Shown here piece by piece: positions 39,585 to 49,556 of a stretch of 54,285 nt of DNA. The notes beneath the pieces are model-generated. The model was not told the origin of the DNA and did no database searches. It saw only the letters and a list, made by a program, of their open reading frames with translations. The number at the start of each line of letters is the position of its first letter. Positions within the stretch are counted from its first letter, which is position 1. The DNA comes from an uncultured Gammaproteobacteria bacterium (lineage in GTDB: Bacteria; Myxococcota_A; UBA9160; SMWR01). Made by a program: the position numbers and the translations under genes. Where the stretch lies: NCBI GenBank assembly GCA_964196055.1, contig CAXMSF010000090.1:1-54285 (forward strand), written 5' to 3'.

Positions 39585-40678
39585 GTCCCGCTCTCCCGCA
39601 ACCGCTTCAGGGTCTTTACCAGACGCTCATTCTCTTCGGGCAGTCCCACGCTGATGCGAATGTGATCGGCCATTCCAAACGATGCCAGCGGACGCACGAT
39701 GATGCCCTCGCGCAGCAACGCATCGTGGACACCATCGCCGGCACGAGCCAGAATGAAGTTCGCATCCGTGGGCCAGACCTCGATGCCGAGTGCCTCGAGT
39801 TCCGCGGTCAGGTATGCGACGCCTTCGGCGTTCACGCGGCGCGATGCCTCGGCGTGCTCTTCGTCTTCGAGTGCCGCCAACGCGCCCACCTCCGCGAGCC
39901 GGTTCACGTTGAACGGGTGGCGCGCGCGATCGAGGTAACCCGCGAGTTCGACGTCCGCGATGCCATAGCCCAGCCGCAGGCCCGCAAGGCCGTAGAGCTT
40001 CGAAAATGTCCGCAGCACGATCGTGGCGGGACGCCGGCTGACCCACTCCAAAGAATTGGGAAAATCGGGCCGGCGCACGAACTCGACGTAAGCCTCGTCG
40101 ACCACCAGGACGACGTCCGGTGGCAGGTCCGCGGCGAAGCGATCGAATGCCGCGGCGCCGACGCTGGTCCCGGTGGGATTGTTGGGATTGCACACGAAGA
40201 CGATCTTCGTACGCTCGCCGATCGCAGCGGCCAGCGCCGGGAGGTCATGCACGAGGTCATTCGAGAGCGGTACGGCGACGGGCGTAGCGCCCATGCCTTT
40301 GACGACGATCGGGTACATCGCGAACGACGGCCACGCGAAGACCGCTTCGGAGCCCGGGCCGAGAAACGCCTTCGCCAACAACTCGAGGATCTCGTCTGCG
40401 CCGGCACCAAAGACGAGCTGGTCCGTCTCTACGCCGAGTCGTCCCGCGAGCTTCTCCCGCAGTGCGAAGCTCGCACCGTCCGGGTAGCGATGCAGTCCAT
40501 CGACCGCTGCACGGATCGCCGCCTGCGCCTTGGGTGACGGACCGAGTGGGCTCTCGTTCGAGGCGAGCTTGATCGAGCCCGTGATACCGAGTTCGCGCTC
40601 GAGCTCCTCGATCGGCTTGCCCGGCTGGTACGGACTCAGATCCAGAATATGGCGATTGACGACGTCCTTCAGCGCCAT
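39581..40678 (-). CDS. hisC: Histidinol-phosphate aminotransferase
   Basis: YQPGKP, KLASNE, CNPNNPTG, DEAY and RTFSKLYGLAGLRLG. Confidence 0.96.
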   Translation of the reverse strand: MALKDVVNRHILDLSPYQPGKPIEELERELGITGSIKLASNESPLGPSPKAQAAIRAAVDGLHRYPDGASFALREKLAGRLGVETDQLVFGAGADEILELLAKAFLGPGSEAVFAWPSFAMYPIVVKGMGATPVAVPLSNDLVHDLPALAAAIGERTKIVFVCNPNNPTGTSVGAAAFDRFAADLPPDVVLVVDEAYVEFVRRPDFPNSLEWVSRRPATIVLRTFSKLYGLAGLRLGYGIADVELAGYLDRARHPFNVNRLAEVGALAALEDEEHAEASRRVNAEGVAYLTAELEALGIEVWPTDANFILARAGDGVHDALLREGIIVRPLASFGMADHIRISVGLPEENERLVKTLKRLRESGT

Positions 40679-40679
40679 C

Positions 40680-41846
40680 TCACCGTTCCTCACCCGCGCG
40701 CTTCACGCGCGCACCGGCCGCGCGCGGGAACGAACCGAGTACGCGACAGGTGTGGGCGACGCCAGCGGCATCAGCAAGTGCGGCCGCGACCTGCGGATCA
40801 TCGCGGTGTCCCTCGATGTCGATGAAGAAGTAGTACTCCCAGGGCTTGCCCGAGATCGGCCGCAGTTGGATCGAGGTCAGATTCACGCCACGCTGCGCCA
40901 TCGGTTCGATCAACCGGTGCAGCCCGCCGGACTCGTCCTTGCGGATCGTGAACAACACAGTCGTCAGGTCCTCGCCGGTAGGTTCGGGGAGCTGGCGCCC
41001 GATCAACACGAAGCGTGTGGTGTTCTCGATCCGATCCTCGATCGCAGTCTCGATCGCAATCAGGCCCTGCAACCCGCCCGCGATCGAACTGCCGATCGCA
41101 GCAACCGACTCGTCGGAGACCGCGAGAGCAATGGCGGCCGCGGTGCTGGCTGTCTCGATCCGCTCGACACCCTGCAGGTTCTCGTCGAGCCATTGCCGAC
41201 TCTGGGCCAGAGGTTGCGGGTGCGACGCAACGCGGCGCACGTCGGCGAGCTCGCCGCTGCGGGAAAACAGGTCGAGTGAGATCGGCAGAATGATTTCACC
41301 GCAAATCGACACATCCGAATCCGCGAACGTGTCGAGCGTGGCCGTCACGACACCCGCGGTGGTGTTCTCGACCGGAATCACTCCGAGCTGCGCCTTGCCG
41401 GACTCGACAGCACTGAAGACATTCGGAATCGACGATTCGCTGCGCAGGTTTGCGACCTCACCAAAGCGCTGCTTCGCAGCGAGGTGCGTGAACGTCCCCT
41501 CGGGCCCGAAGTATGCAATCGGAAGCTCATCTTCGAGCGATCGGGTCGCCGAAACGATCTCGCGGAAGACCGGGGCAATCCCTGCTGCGGGAAACGGTCC
41601 TGGATTTTCGTTCACGAGCCGATCGACGATTCGCCGTTCGCGGGTAGCCGAGTAGACCGGGACGCCCGTCTCGTGCTTCAGCGCTCCGACTTCGACCACC
41701 ACTCGCGCTCGATGATTCAACTTCTCGAGAATCTCCGAATCGATGGCATCGATCTGCCGACGGAGTTCCTCGAGCAGCTTCGCGCGGTCGGCGCTCTCAG
41801 ACGCTCGGCGTGGTTGTCCGGAATTGGCCATCGCACCATCCGTCAC
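40680..41846 (-). CDS. pheA: Chorismate mutase / prephenate dehydratase (P-protein)
   Basis: LRRQIDAID, GPEGTF, PVENT, SHPQ, NTTRF and WEYYFFID. Confidence 0.96.
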   Translation of the reverse strand: MTDGAMANSGQPRRASESADRAKLLEELRRQIDAIDSEILEKLNHRARVVVEVGALKHETGVPVYSATRERRIVDRLVNENPGPFPAAGIAPVFREIVSATRSLEDELPIAYFGPEGTFTHLAAKQRFGEVANLRSESSIPNVFSAVESGKAQLGVIPVENTTAGVVTATLDTFADSDVSICGEIILPISLDLFSRSGELADVRRVASHPQPLAQSRQWLDENLQGVERIETASTAAAIALAVSDESVAAIGSSIAGGLQGLIAIETAIEDRIENTTRFVLIGRQLPEPTGEDLTTVLFTIRKDESGGLHRLIEPMAQRGVNLTSIQLRPISGKPWEYYFFIDIEGHRDDPQVAAALADAAGVAHTCRVLGSFPRAAGARVKRAGEER

Positions 41847-42115
41847 GCTACCGCCCGGGACGGAACCCGTTCGAAAAGGGGCGAATCGGCGGCTCGAGAC
41901 TTTCCCGATGCCGTGAAAAACCCGCTAACCCCCTGAAAATGCTTGCGCAATATACTCGAGGGCCCAGGCCGGCGCAAACACTTCAGGAGGCGATTTCGCT
42001 CGATTTGACGGGGGGTTACCGGCAATTGGCCGCGGATGTCGCTCAGCGACCGGGATTTCCCCTTAAGCGCCTGTAATTCCTAGAGAATTTCTTTCACATG
42101 CAGACTGGAGAAAGG

Positions 42116-42143
42116 TCAAGCAAGCCGCAGACGAGGTCGATAC
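42116..42143 (+). promoter_or_regulatory. Possible sigma28-like promoter for the diguanylate cyclase
   Basis: TCAAG-N15-GTCGATAC ending 29 nt before the ATG; imperfect match and spacing. Confidence 0.3.
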
Positions 42144-42171
42144 GACGAAGGCGGAGGGTAGCTGCGCGCAT

Positions 42172-43779
42172 ATGGCAGAATTTCCCAGTCCGGGCCGTCG
42201 GCAACCGATCAACAGCCTGGCTACCAAGATCATCCTGTTCGTCTTCGTCTCGACCTTCGCGACGGCGTTGGTGGTGAGCTGGGTCTCCATCCAGAGCACG
42301 CACGGCTACCTGAGCAGCCGACTCGACCGCCAATTTCCAGCCTCACTCTCGCGCTCGCGTGACGAAATCTCCGCATGGTTCGTGCAGAACCTCGGCGAGC
42401 TTCGCGACCTGGCCGAGCACGCCGATGACCCGAGTCCGAAGCGGCTCGCCCAAGTCCTCGCAAAGTCGGAGCTGATCGACGGAATCGCCCTCTACGGACC
42501 CGATGGGCGGTCCCGTCGCGCGGTCGGCCGCGACGCGTGGAGTCAACTCGAGAATTCCAGGCCGCACTTCGGTTCCACGCGCCAGGGAATCCACACCGCC
42601 ATGACCCCAGCCGGAGAACTCCTGGCCTACATCGTGTTGCCCCATCCGTCGAGCGGAAATCGTCTGATCGCGATGTTGAACGGCGCCACGATCGAGGCTG
42701 CGATCACGCCACCCCGCTCGGAGATGTCGGAATCGACGCTGATCGTTGACGACCGCGGTCGCATCCTCTTCGGCGCTTCCGGTCGCTCCGCGAATTCCCG
42801 CAGCATTCCCGACGACCTGCTCGATGAACCCGATTCGAAGATCCGCGAATACACCAATGCCGCCGGTGTTCACGTCGTCGCGAGCGCACTCCCACTCGGG
42901 CTCGCCAATTGGCACCTCGTCGCGGAGGCCCCCTTCGAGGTCGTCTTTGCGCCGGTCGTTTCGGTCGTAAAGCGGATCTTCGTGATCGACCTCTGCGTCA
43001 TCCTGCTGTTCAGCTTCCTCGCGTACAAGATCACGGCCGCAATCCTCAAACCGATCGAGACGCTATCGAACGGAGCGCGCCAGATCGCCCAGGGACAGCT
43101 CGACCACGAAATCCCCGAGCCCGCAACCCACGACGAGATCGGCCTGCTCACGCACACGTTCAACGACATGATGCGAAAGCTGCGCGGAAACCAGGGCGAG
43201 ATCGAAATCGCGAATGCGAAGCTGCGCGACCAGAATCTCGAGCTCCAACAGGCCAACGAGGTACTCGAACAGCTCTCGATCACCGACGGCCTGACGAAGC
43301 TCCACAACCATCGCTTCTTCCAGGACCACCTCACGCGCGAGATCAAGCGAGTGAACCGAGTGAAGGAGCCCTTGTCCATGATCCTGGTCGACGTCGACGA
43401 CTTCAAGTCGCTGAACGACCGCCTCGGCCACGCGGCGGGCGACGAGCTTCTGCGGCGCATCGCGATGCTGATGAACGATACGATCCGCGAGAGCGACCTG
43501 CTCGCTCGCTACGGCGGCGACGAGTTCGTGGTACTGGCCTCGGATACCGACATTGCGGGCGCGGCGCAGCTGGCGGAGAAGGTGCGCACCGCCATCGCCG
43601 AGTCCTCGTTCATCGTCGACGAATCGCTGCGGCCGACTCGCACCACCCTCTCGATGGGTATCGCGCAGTATGCCGGCACCCGCAAACGCTTCTTCGCTGC
43701 CGCAGACTCGGCTCTGTACCGCGCCAAGGCCCAGGGCAAGAACTGCGTCGCGCTGGACGACGAAGACGAAGTGATCTGA
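42172..43779 (+). CDS. Membrane sensor diguanylate cyclase (TM-Cache-like-TM-HAMP-GGDEF)
   Basis: DEIGLL HAMP, TDGLT, DVDDFKSLNDRLGHAAGD, RESD I-site and RYGGDEF. Confidence 0.95.
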   Translation: MAEFPSPGRRQPINSLATKIILFVFVSTFATALVVSWVSIQSTHGYLSSRLDRQFPASLSRSRDEISAWFVQNLGELRDLAEHADDPSPKRLAQVLAKSELIDGIALYGPDGRSRRAVGRDAWSQLENSRPHFGSTRQGIHTAMTPAGELLAYIVLPHPSSGNRLIAMLNGATIEAAITPPRSEMSESTLIVDDRGRILFGASGRSANSRSIPDDLLDEPDSKIREYTNAAGVHVVASALPLGLANWHLVAEAPFEVVFAPVVSVVKRIFVIDLCVILLFSFLAYKITAAILKPIETLSNGARQIAQGQLDHEIPEPATHDEIGLLTHTFNDMMRKLRGNQGEIEIANAKLRDQNLELQQANEVLEQLSITDGLTKLHNHRFFQDHLTREIKRVNRVKEPLSMILVDVDDFKSLNDRLGHAAGDELLRRIAMLMNDTIRESDLLARYGGDEFVVLASDTDIAGAAQLAEKVRTAIAESSFIVDESLRPTRTTLSMGIAQYAGTRKRFFAAADSALYRAKAQGKNCVALDDEDEVI

Positions 43780-43825
43780 CCCCTACTGGCCCGCCGCTGC
43801 ATTTTCGAGCACCTTGCTGGGCGCC

Positions 43826-44479
43826 ATGACGCGACTCGTAGGCCTGTCGGGTGGAATCGGTTCGGGCAAGAGCACGGTGGCGACCCTGTTCGCCAAGCTC
43901 GGTGCCCGCGTGATCGACGCCGACGCGATCGTCCACGAACTCCAAGCGCCCGGCTCACCGGTTTTGGAGGAACTCGCAGAGGCCTTTGGCGCGGGGATCC
44001 TCGATGAGTCCGGAGCGCTCGACCGCGCCGCACTGGGCGCCCTGGCGTTTCGGGACCCGGACGCCCGCAAACGGCTCGGTTCGATCATGCATCCGAAGGT
44101 GGGCATCGAAATGATGAATCGGCTGAACGAAGCGCGGGACGCGGGCGTCGACCTGATCGTGCTCGACATCCCCCTCCTGTTCGAGGGGGTGAAAGCCGGG
44201 ACCGGCATCTCGAGTCAACTCGGCTTCGATGTGACGATCGTCGTCCACGTCCCCGAAGCGCTCCAGGTCGAACGCCAGATCTCTCGCGACGACTGCACGC
44301 GCGAAGAAGCCTTACGCCGGATTCACGCCCAGCTTCCGATCGACGAAAAGCGCGACATGGCCGACTGCGTGATCGACAATGCCGGTTCTCTCGAAGAGAC
44401 CGAGCAGCAGGTGCGCGATCTCTACCGCCGGCTCACCGCAAAGCCGAGCCCCGCTGACCGCGGGACAACGGAGCCTTGA
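43826..44479 (+). CDS. coaE: Dephospho-CoA kinase
   Basis: GLSGGIGSGKST, IDAD, IMHP, DIPLLFE and IDNAG. Confidence 0.96.
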   Translation: MTRLVGLSGGIGSGKSTVATLFAKLGARVIDADAIVHELQAPGSPVLEELAEAFGAGILDESGALDRAALGALAFRDPDARKRLGSIMHPKVGIEMMNRLNEARDAGVDLIVLDIPLLFEGVKAGTGISSQLGFDVTIVVHVPEALQVERQISRDDCTREEALRRIHAQLPIDEKRDMADCVIDNAGSLEETEQQVRDLYRRLTAKPSPADRGTTEP

Positions 44480-45254
44480 GTTCGGCGACGAAGCGGGCCG
44501 CCTCCTCGACCGCCTCGTCGGGCGATGCCGCGCGGTCGATCCGGTCGACGAGCGCGCTGCCCACCACGACACCGTCCGCGAAACCGCCGACGACACTCGC
44601 GTGCTCCGGGGTCGCGACTCCGAAGCCGACGCAAACCGGCACCTCCGCAAGCGACTGGAGTGACCGCACCGCCGCCTCGACGCCCTCACCGACAGCCGCG
44701 CGCGCGCCTGTCACGCCCGTGAGCGAAACGTAATAGAGGAAGCCGCGCGTCTCGCGCGCGAGCATCCGTGCACGCTCGGGAGTCGTCGTGGGAGCCGCGA
44801 GCAGGATCGGGTCGACTCCGCGTTCCCGCAGCGCGCCGTAGAACTCGCCGCCTTCCTCAGGCGGCAGATCCACCACGATCACCGCGTCCACGCCGACTTC
44901 GCTCGCGGCCTCGGCGAAACCAACCGCTCCCATCGCAAGAAAGTTGTTCGCGTAGCCCATCAGGATCAACGGCACGTCGATGTCGCCGCGAACATTCCGG
45001 ACCATCGCGAGCACTTGTCTGAGCGAGGTCCCCTTCAGGAGCGCGCGTTCGCTCGAACGCTGGATCGTGGGGCCTTCGGCCATCGGGTCCGAGAACGGCA
45101 CACCGATTTCGATCGCGTCCGCACCCGCTTCCTGCAAGGCGTACAACAGCCGCTCGGTCGTCTGGAGATCCGGGTCACCGGCAGTGACGAACGGAATCAG
45201 CGCAGCTTCACCGCGCCCACGCAGAGCCTGGAAACGATCTCCGAGTCGGCCCAT
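44433..45254 (-). CDS. trpA: Tryptophan synthase alpha
   Basis: TAGDP, EIGVPFSDPMAEGPTIQ, GVTG and DGVVVGSA. Confidence 0.97.
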   Translation of the reverse strand: MGRLGDRFQALRGRGEAALIPFVTAGDPDLQTTERLLYALQEAGADAIEIGVPFSDPMAEGPTIQRSSERALLKGTSLRQVLAMVRNVRGDIDVPLILMGYANNFLAMGAVGFAEAASEVGVDAVIVVDLPPEEGGEFYGALRERGVDPILLAAPTTTPERARMLARETRGFLYYVSLTGVTGARAAVGEGVEAAVRSLQSLAEVPVCVGFGVATPEHASVVGGFADGVVVGSALVDRIDRAASPDEAVEEAARFVAELKAPLSRGQRGSALR

Positions 45255-46459
45255 CAGTGCGACGACGCGTTGCGTGCGGCCAGCATGTCCCGTACCTGGG
45301 GAGCATCCTTGTCGCCTCGGCCCGAGAGATTGATCAACACGACCGAGTCGGCGGACAACGTCGGAGCGAGCTTCCGAACATGCGCCACCGCGTGTGCCGA
45401 TTCGAGTGCCGGCACGATGCCCTCCATGCGCGACAAGTAGAGGAAGGCATCGAGGGCCTCATCGTCGGTTGCGGACACATACTCGGCCCGCCCTAGATCG
45501 CGCAAATGGGCGTGTTCTGGCCCAGCGCCCGGATAATCCAGGCCGGCCGAGATCGAATGCGCGGGGAAGATCTGGCCGTCATCGTCGCACAACAACAGGC
45601 TGCGCATGCCGTGCAACACGCCCGGCACGCCCGCGCACAATGCCGCACCGTGTCGGCCCGAATCGAGGCCTTCACCGGCCGCTTCGACACCCACGAGTCG
45701 GACGGCCTCGTCGCCCAGGAAGGGGTGAAACAGCCCGATTGCATTCGAGCCGCCGCCGATACACGCAACCAACACATCCGGCAACCGACCCAGCTCCTGC
45801 TGCATCTGCGCCCTTGCCTCGATTCCGATCACGCGCTGAAAATCGCGCACGATCAGCGGATACGGGTGCGGCCCCATCACCGAGCCGATGCAGTAATAGG
45901 TCGTTTCGACATTGGTGACCCAATCGCGCAACGCCTCGTTGGTCGCGTCCTTGAGCGTCTTCGAGCCGCTCGTGACCGGATGCACCGCCGCACCGAGGAG
46001 TTCCATCCGAAACACGTTGAGTGCCTGCCGCTCGACGTCCTCGGCACCCATGTAGACCACGCAATCGAGGCCCATCAACGCACAGGCCGTCGCTGTGGCG
46101 ACACCGTGCTGGCCCGCACCGGTCTCGGCAATGATTCGTCGTTTGCCCATCGTCCGCGCCAGCAGACACTGTCCGAGCACGTTGTTGATCTTGTGCGCGC
46201 CGGTGTGCGCGAGATCTTCGCGTTTCAGGTACACCGCCGCTCCGCCCAGGTCCTCACTCATCCGCTTCGCGTGCGTGATCGGAGTCGGTCGCCCCGCGTA
46301 CGACGAGAGCAACTCGTCGAGTTCGCGATTGAACTCGGAAGTCGCGCTGATTCGCGGATACTCCGAAACGAGTTCGTCGAGCGCGGCGATCAGCGTCTCG
46401 GAGACGAAACGTCCGCCATAGGGTCCGAAGTGCCCACTCTCATCGGGCTCGCTCTTCAA
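45254..46459 (-). CDS. trpB: Tryptophan synthase beta
   Basis: [31 protein letters not shown] and SAGLDYPG; TTG overlaps the trpF stop. Confidence 0.97.
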   Translation of the reverse strand: MKSEPDESGHFGPYGGRFVSETLIAALDELVSEYPRISATSEFNRELDELLSSYAGRPTPITHAKRMSEDLGGAAVYLKREDLAHTGAHKINNVLGQCLLARTMGKRRIIAETGAGQHGVATATACALMGLDCVVYMGAEDVERQALNVFRMELLGAAVHPVTSGSKTLKDATNEALRDWVTNVETTYYCIGSVMGPHPYPLIVRDFQRVIGIEARAQMQQELGRLPDVLVACIGGGSNAIGLFHPFLGDEAVRLVGVEAAGEGLDSGRHGAALCAGVPGVLHGMRSLLLCDDDGQIFPAHSISAGLDYPGAGPEHAHLRDLGRAEYVSATDDEALDAFLYLSRMEGIVPALESAHAVAHVRKLAPTLSADSVVLINLSGRGDKDAPQVRDMLAARNASSH

Positions 46460-47085
46460 TCGAAATTCTCCGCCGCACGTACGGCCGCTACGAAGCGCGC
46501 GACCTTCTCCGGGTCCTTTCGCTGCTCTGCGCTCTCGACACCGGTGGCGACATCGACTCCCCAGGGCAACAAGTCGCCGAGACTCGCCAGCGCGTCGGCG
46601 ACGTTGTCGGGATCGAGGCCGCCCGCGAGAATCGCGTCGGTGCCCGTCTCGATCAGCTCGGTCGCTTCGCTCCAATTCCAGGTGTTGCCGCTCCCCCCGC
46701 CCTCGGTCGGGTGATCGAGCAGCAGGATCGTCCCGGGGTATTCCTCGGCAGCCGCGATGTCGGCGCCCTGGATCGCCTTGATGACCGGCAGGTCGACGGC
46801 TTCGACCTCCTCCTCGGACTCGGAGCCGTGAAACTGCACGCGCTCGAAATCGACTCGGCGCAACACGCGCTCGATTTCGTCGGGAGCGGCGTCGCGAAAG
46901 ACCGCGACACGCTCGATCCGGCCGCTGACCCTGTTCGCGATCTCCTCCGCCGTTGCGAGATCGAGGCAACGCGGTGAACCCGGTACAAAAATCAGACCGA
47001 TCAAATCCGCGCCCGCTTCGACCGCCGCCTCCGCGTCGTCGGCGTGGATGATCCCACAGATCTTGACCCGAATTCTGCCGCTCAC
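46456..47085 (-). CDS. trpF: Phosphoribosylanthranilate isomerase
   Basis: VKICGI, QFHGSE, GGSG, LAGGL and GVDVATGVE. Confidence 0.95.
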   Translation of the reverse strand: MSGRIRVKICGIIHADDAEAAVEAGADLIGLIFVPGSPRCLDLATAEEIANRVSGRIERVAVFRDAAPDEIERVLRRVDFERVQFHGSESEEEVEAVDLPVIKAIQGADIAAAEEYPGTILLLDHPTEGGGSGNTWNWSEATELIETGTDAILAGGLDPDNVADALASLGDLLPWGVDVATGVESAEQRKDPEKVARFVAAVRAAENFD

Positions 47086-47879
47086 GATTTCCTCCGAAGT
47101 TTCCTCAGTGCCGACCCGACGTCCGGTTCGCGCATCAGCGCCTCACCGACGAGAAAAGCCGATGCGCCGCACCGCTCGAGTCGTTGAATGTCGTCATTCG
47201 TGAAGATGCCACTTTCTGCGACGAGAACGACCCCCTCCGGAATCCCGGCCGCCAATCGTTCCGTCGTCGCAAGATCGACCTCGAAGGTCGCGAGATTCCT
47301 GTTGTTGATCCCCACCAGATCCGCCCCGAGGCGGAGCGCGGTCGCAAGCTCCCCCTCGTGGTGAACCTCGACGAGCACGTCGAGGCCCCGACCCAGCGCA
47401 TAGTGCCGCAGCGCCCGAAGCTCGTCTTCTCCGGAGGCGCCGGAAAACGCCGCAACGATCAACAACACCGCGTCCGCGCCGTGCGCGACGGCCTCGTCGA
47501 TCTGATACGAATCAACGATGAAGTCCTTGCGCAACACCGGTACCGGAGTCGCCGCCCTCACTGCCTCGAGGTGCTCGAGGTGGCCGCCGAAATGGTGTTC
47601 GTCCGTCAGAACCGAGATGGCAGCGGCACCCGCATCGACATACGCGGTGGCGATCGCGACCGGGTCGAAGTCACTGCGGATTTCGCCTCGACTCGGCGAT
47701 CGCCGTTTCACTTCGGCGATCACGCGTGGCGACGGCCCCGAGCGCAGCGCCTCCCGGAAAGCACGCGGTGTATCACTGCGTCTTTCCGCGCGCGCGGCCA
47801 GTTCTTCCGCCGAAACAGCGACCCGCGCGGCGACCACTTCGTCCCGCTTCCGTGCGAGGATTTGATCGAGGATCGTCAC
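47082..47879 (-). CDS. trpC: Indole-3-glycerol phosphate synthase
   Basis: [24 protein letters not shown] and AESGI. Confidence 0.96.
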   Translation of the reverse strand: MTILDQILARKRDEVVAARVAVSAEELAARAERRSDTPRAFREALRSGPSPRVIAEVKRRSPSRGEIRSDFDPVAIATAYVDAGAAAISVLTDEHHFGGHLEHLEAVRAATPVPVLRKDFIVDSYQIDEAVAHGADAVLLIVAAFSGASGEDELRALRHYALGRGLDVLVEVHHEGELATALRLGADLVGINNRNLATFEVDLATTERLAAGIPEGVVLVAESGIFTNDDIQRLERCGASAFLVGEALMREPDVGSALRKLRRKS

Positions 47880-47898
47880 CTTCCGCTTCCTCGGACCA

Positions 47899-48921
47899 TC
47901 ATGCCACAACCGCATTCGTCGCTTCGACGAGATTGTCGAGGCGCTGCCGCGCAGCACCGGAGTCGATGCTCCGCTGCGCAAGATCGATGCCGGCGGCGAA
48001 GTCATCCGCCGCGCCGCCGACCCATAAAGCGGCAGCCGCGTTCACGCAGGTGATGTCACGCGGTGCGCCTGTTTCACCATCGAGCACCCCGCGCAGAATC
48101 GAGGCGTTCTCCGCCGCATCCCCTCCCGCGAGCGCACCCTTCGCCGGCCTCGGAATCCCGTACTCCGACGGGTCGAGGGTCATCGTGCTCACGCCGCCGT
48201 TCGCGAACAACGCCGCCCGGGTCGGGCCGGTGGTGGTGACCTCGTCTAGTCCGTCGCTGCCGTGAACGACCAGCGCGCGTCTGGCGCCGAGTTCACCCAG
48301 CGCACTCGCGATCGTCTCGACGAGCGAGTCGCTGTAGACCCCGACGACCTGGAAGCGCACCCCCATCGGGTTCACGAGCGGCCCCAGGCAGTTCATCATC
48401 GTCCTGAAGCCGAGCGCTTGGCGTATCGGCGCGACATGCTTCATCGCAGGATGAGCCCGACGGGCGAAGAACAGCGCGACTCCGACGTCGGCAAGCACCT
48501 GCGCCGAGGCGGCGACCGGCAAGTCGACGCGGACACCGAGCGCCTCGAGCACGTCGACACTACCGGTTCGACTCGAGGCGGCGCGATTGCCGTGCTTCGC
48601 AACCGATACGCCGGCGCCGGCGACGACGAATGCGGCGGTCGTGGAGATATTGAAGGTGTCCGCACCGTCACCGCCGGTTCCGCAGGTATCGACGGTCCGC
48701 GGGTCGCTGACTTCGGCGGTCACTGCGTGTGCTCGCAGCGAACGAGCCGCCGCGACGATCTCACCGACCGTCTCCCCCTTCGTGTGCAGCGCAACGAGCA
48801 ACGCGGTGATCAGCACGTCCGAGGCCTTGCCCGACATGATCTCGTCGAACGCGCCTTCGAGGAGGCCGGCCGGAATCTCTCGACCCGCCACCGCTGTCTC
48901 CACCGCCTCACGCAGACTCAT
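47899..48921 (-). CDS. trpD: Anthranilate phosphoribosyltransferase
   Basis: DTCGTGGDG, FNIST, KHGNR and DGLDE. Confidence 0.97.
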   Translation of the reverse strand: MSLREAVETAVAGREIPAGLLEGAFDEIMSGKASDVLITALLVALHTKGETVGEIVAAARSLRAHAVTAEVSDPRTVDTCGTGGDGADTFNISTTAAFVVAGAGVSVAKHGNRAASSRTGSVDVLEALGVRVDLPVAASAQVLADVGVALFFARRAHPAMKHVAPIRQALGFRTMMNCLGPLVNPMGVRFQVVGVYSDSLVETIASALGELGARRALVVHGSDGLDEVTTTGPTRAALFANGGVSTMTLDPSEYGIPRPAKGALAGGDAAENASILRGVLDGETGAPRDITCVNAAAALWVGGAADDFAAGIDLAQRSIDSGAARQRLDNLVEATNAVVA

Positions 48922-49508
48922 GCGGCCCTTCTCGACTCACAGAGATCGAGGAAGTTCCGCAGCAGATGCTTGCCGACGCTGGTGAGAATCGACTCGGGGT
49001 GAAACTGAAGTCCCTCGATGGGAAGCGTGCGGTGCCGCAGCCCCATGATTTCGCGATCCGCTGTGCGAGCGGTGATCTCCAGTTCGTCCGGAAAGGACGC
49101 CTCCTCGACTACCAACGAATGGTACCGCGTCGCGTCGAAGGGCTGTGGGGCCCCCGTGAAGATCCCGCGTTCATCGTGCTCGATCGACGAAACCTTGCCG
49201 TGCATGATCGAACGCGCGCGGATGATGCGGCCGCCGAAAGCCGCACCGATCGCCTGGTGACCGAGACAGACCCCGAGCAATGGCAGCCCCCGCGCGGCGC
49301 AAGCCCGGACGCTATCGAGCGAAATGCCGGCTGCGGTCGGCTCGCCGGGCCCCGGAGAGATCACCACTCCGATCGGCTCTCGCGCGAGCAGGTCATCGAT
49401 CGTCGCCTGATCGTTGCGAACCACATCGACCTTCGCTCCGAGTTCGCCCAGATACTGGACGAGATTGAAGGTGAAGGAATCGTAATTATCGATCATCAAC
49501 AGCTGCAT
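48918..49508 (-). CDS. trpG: Anthranilate synthase component II
   Basis: IDNYDSF, SPGPG, GVCLGHQ and QFHPES. Confidence 0.96.
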   Translation of the reverse strand: MQLLMIDNYDSFTFNLVQYLGELGAKVDVVRNDQATIDDLLAREPIGVVISPGPGEPTAAGISLDSVRACAARGLPLLGVCLGHQAIGAAFGGRIIRARSIMHGKVSSIEHDERGIFTGAPQPFDATRYHSLVVEEASFPDELEITARTADREIMGLRHRTLPIEGLQFHPESILTSVGKHLLRNFLDLCESRRAA

Positions 49509-49556
49509 CGTCGCTCGTCCGTCACTCTCCGCCTACGACCCAATCGGTCACACGGC

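Noticed and set aside
44433-44479. Convergent 3' overlaps (coaE/trpA; also 3357-3373 and 11158-11189)
   Set aside because: Short tail overlaps are common in GC-rich genomes
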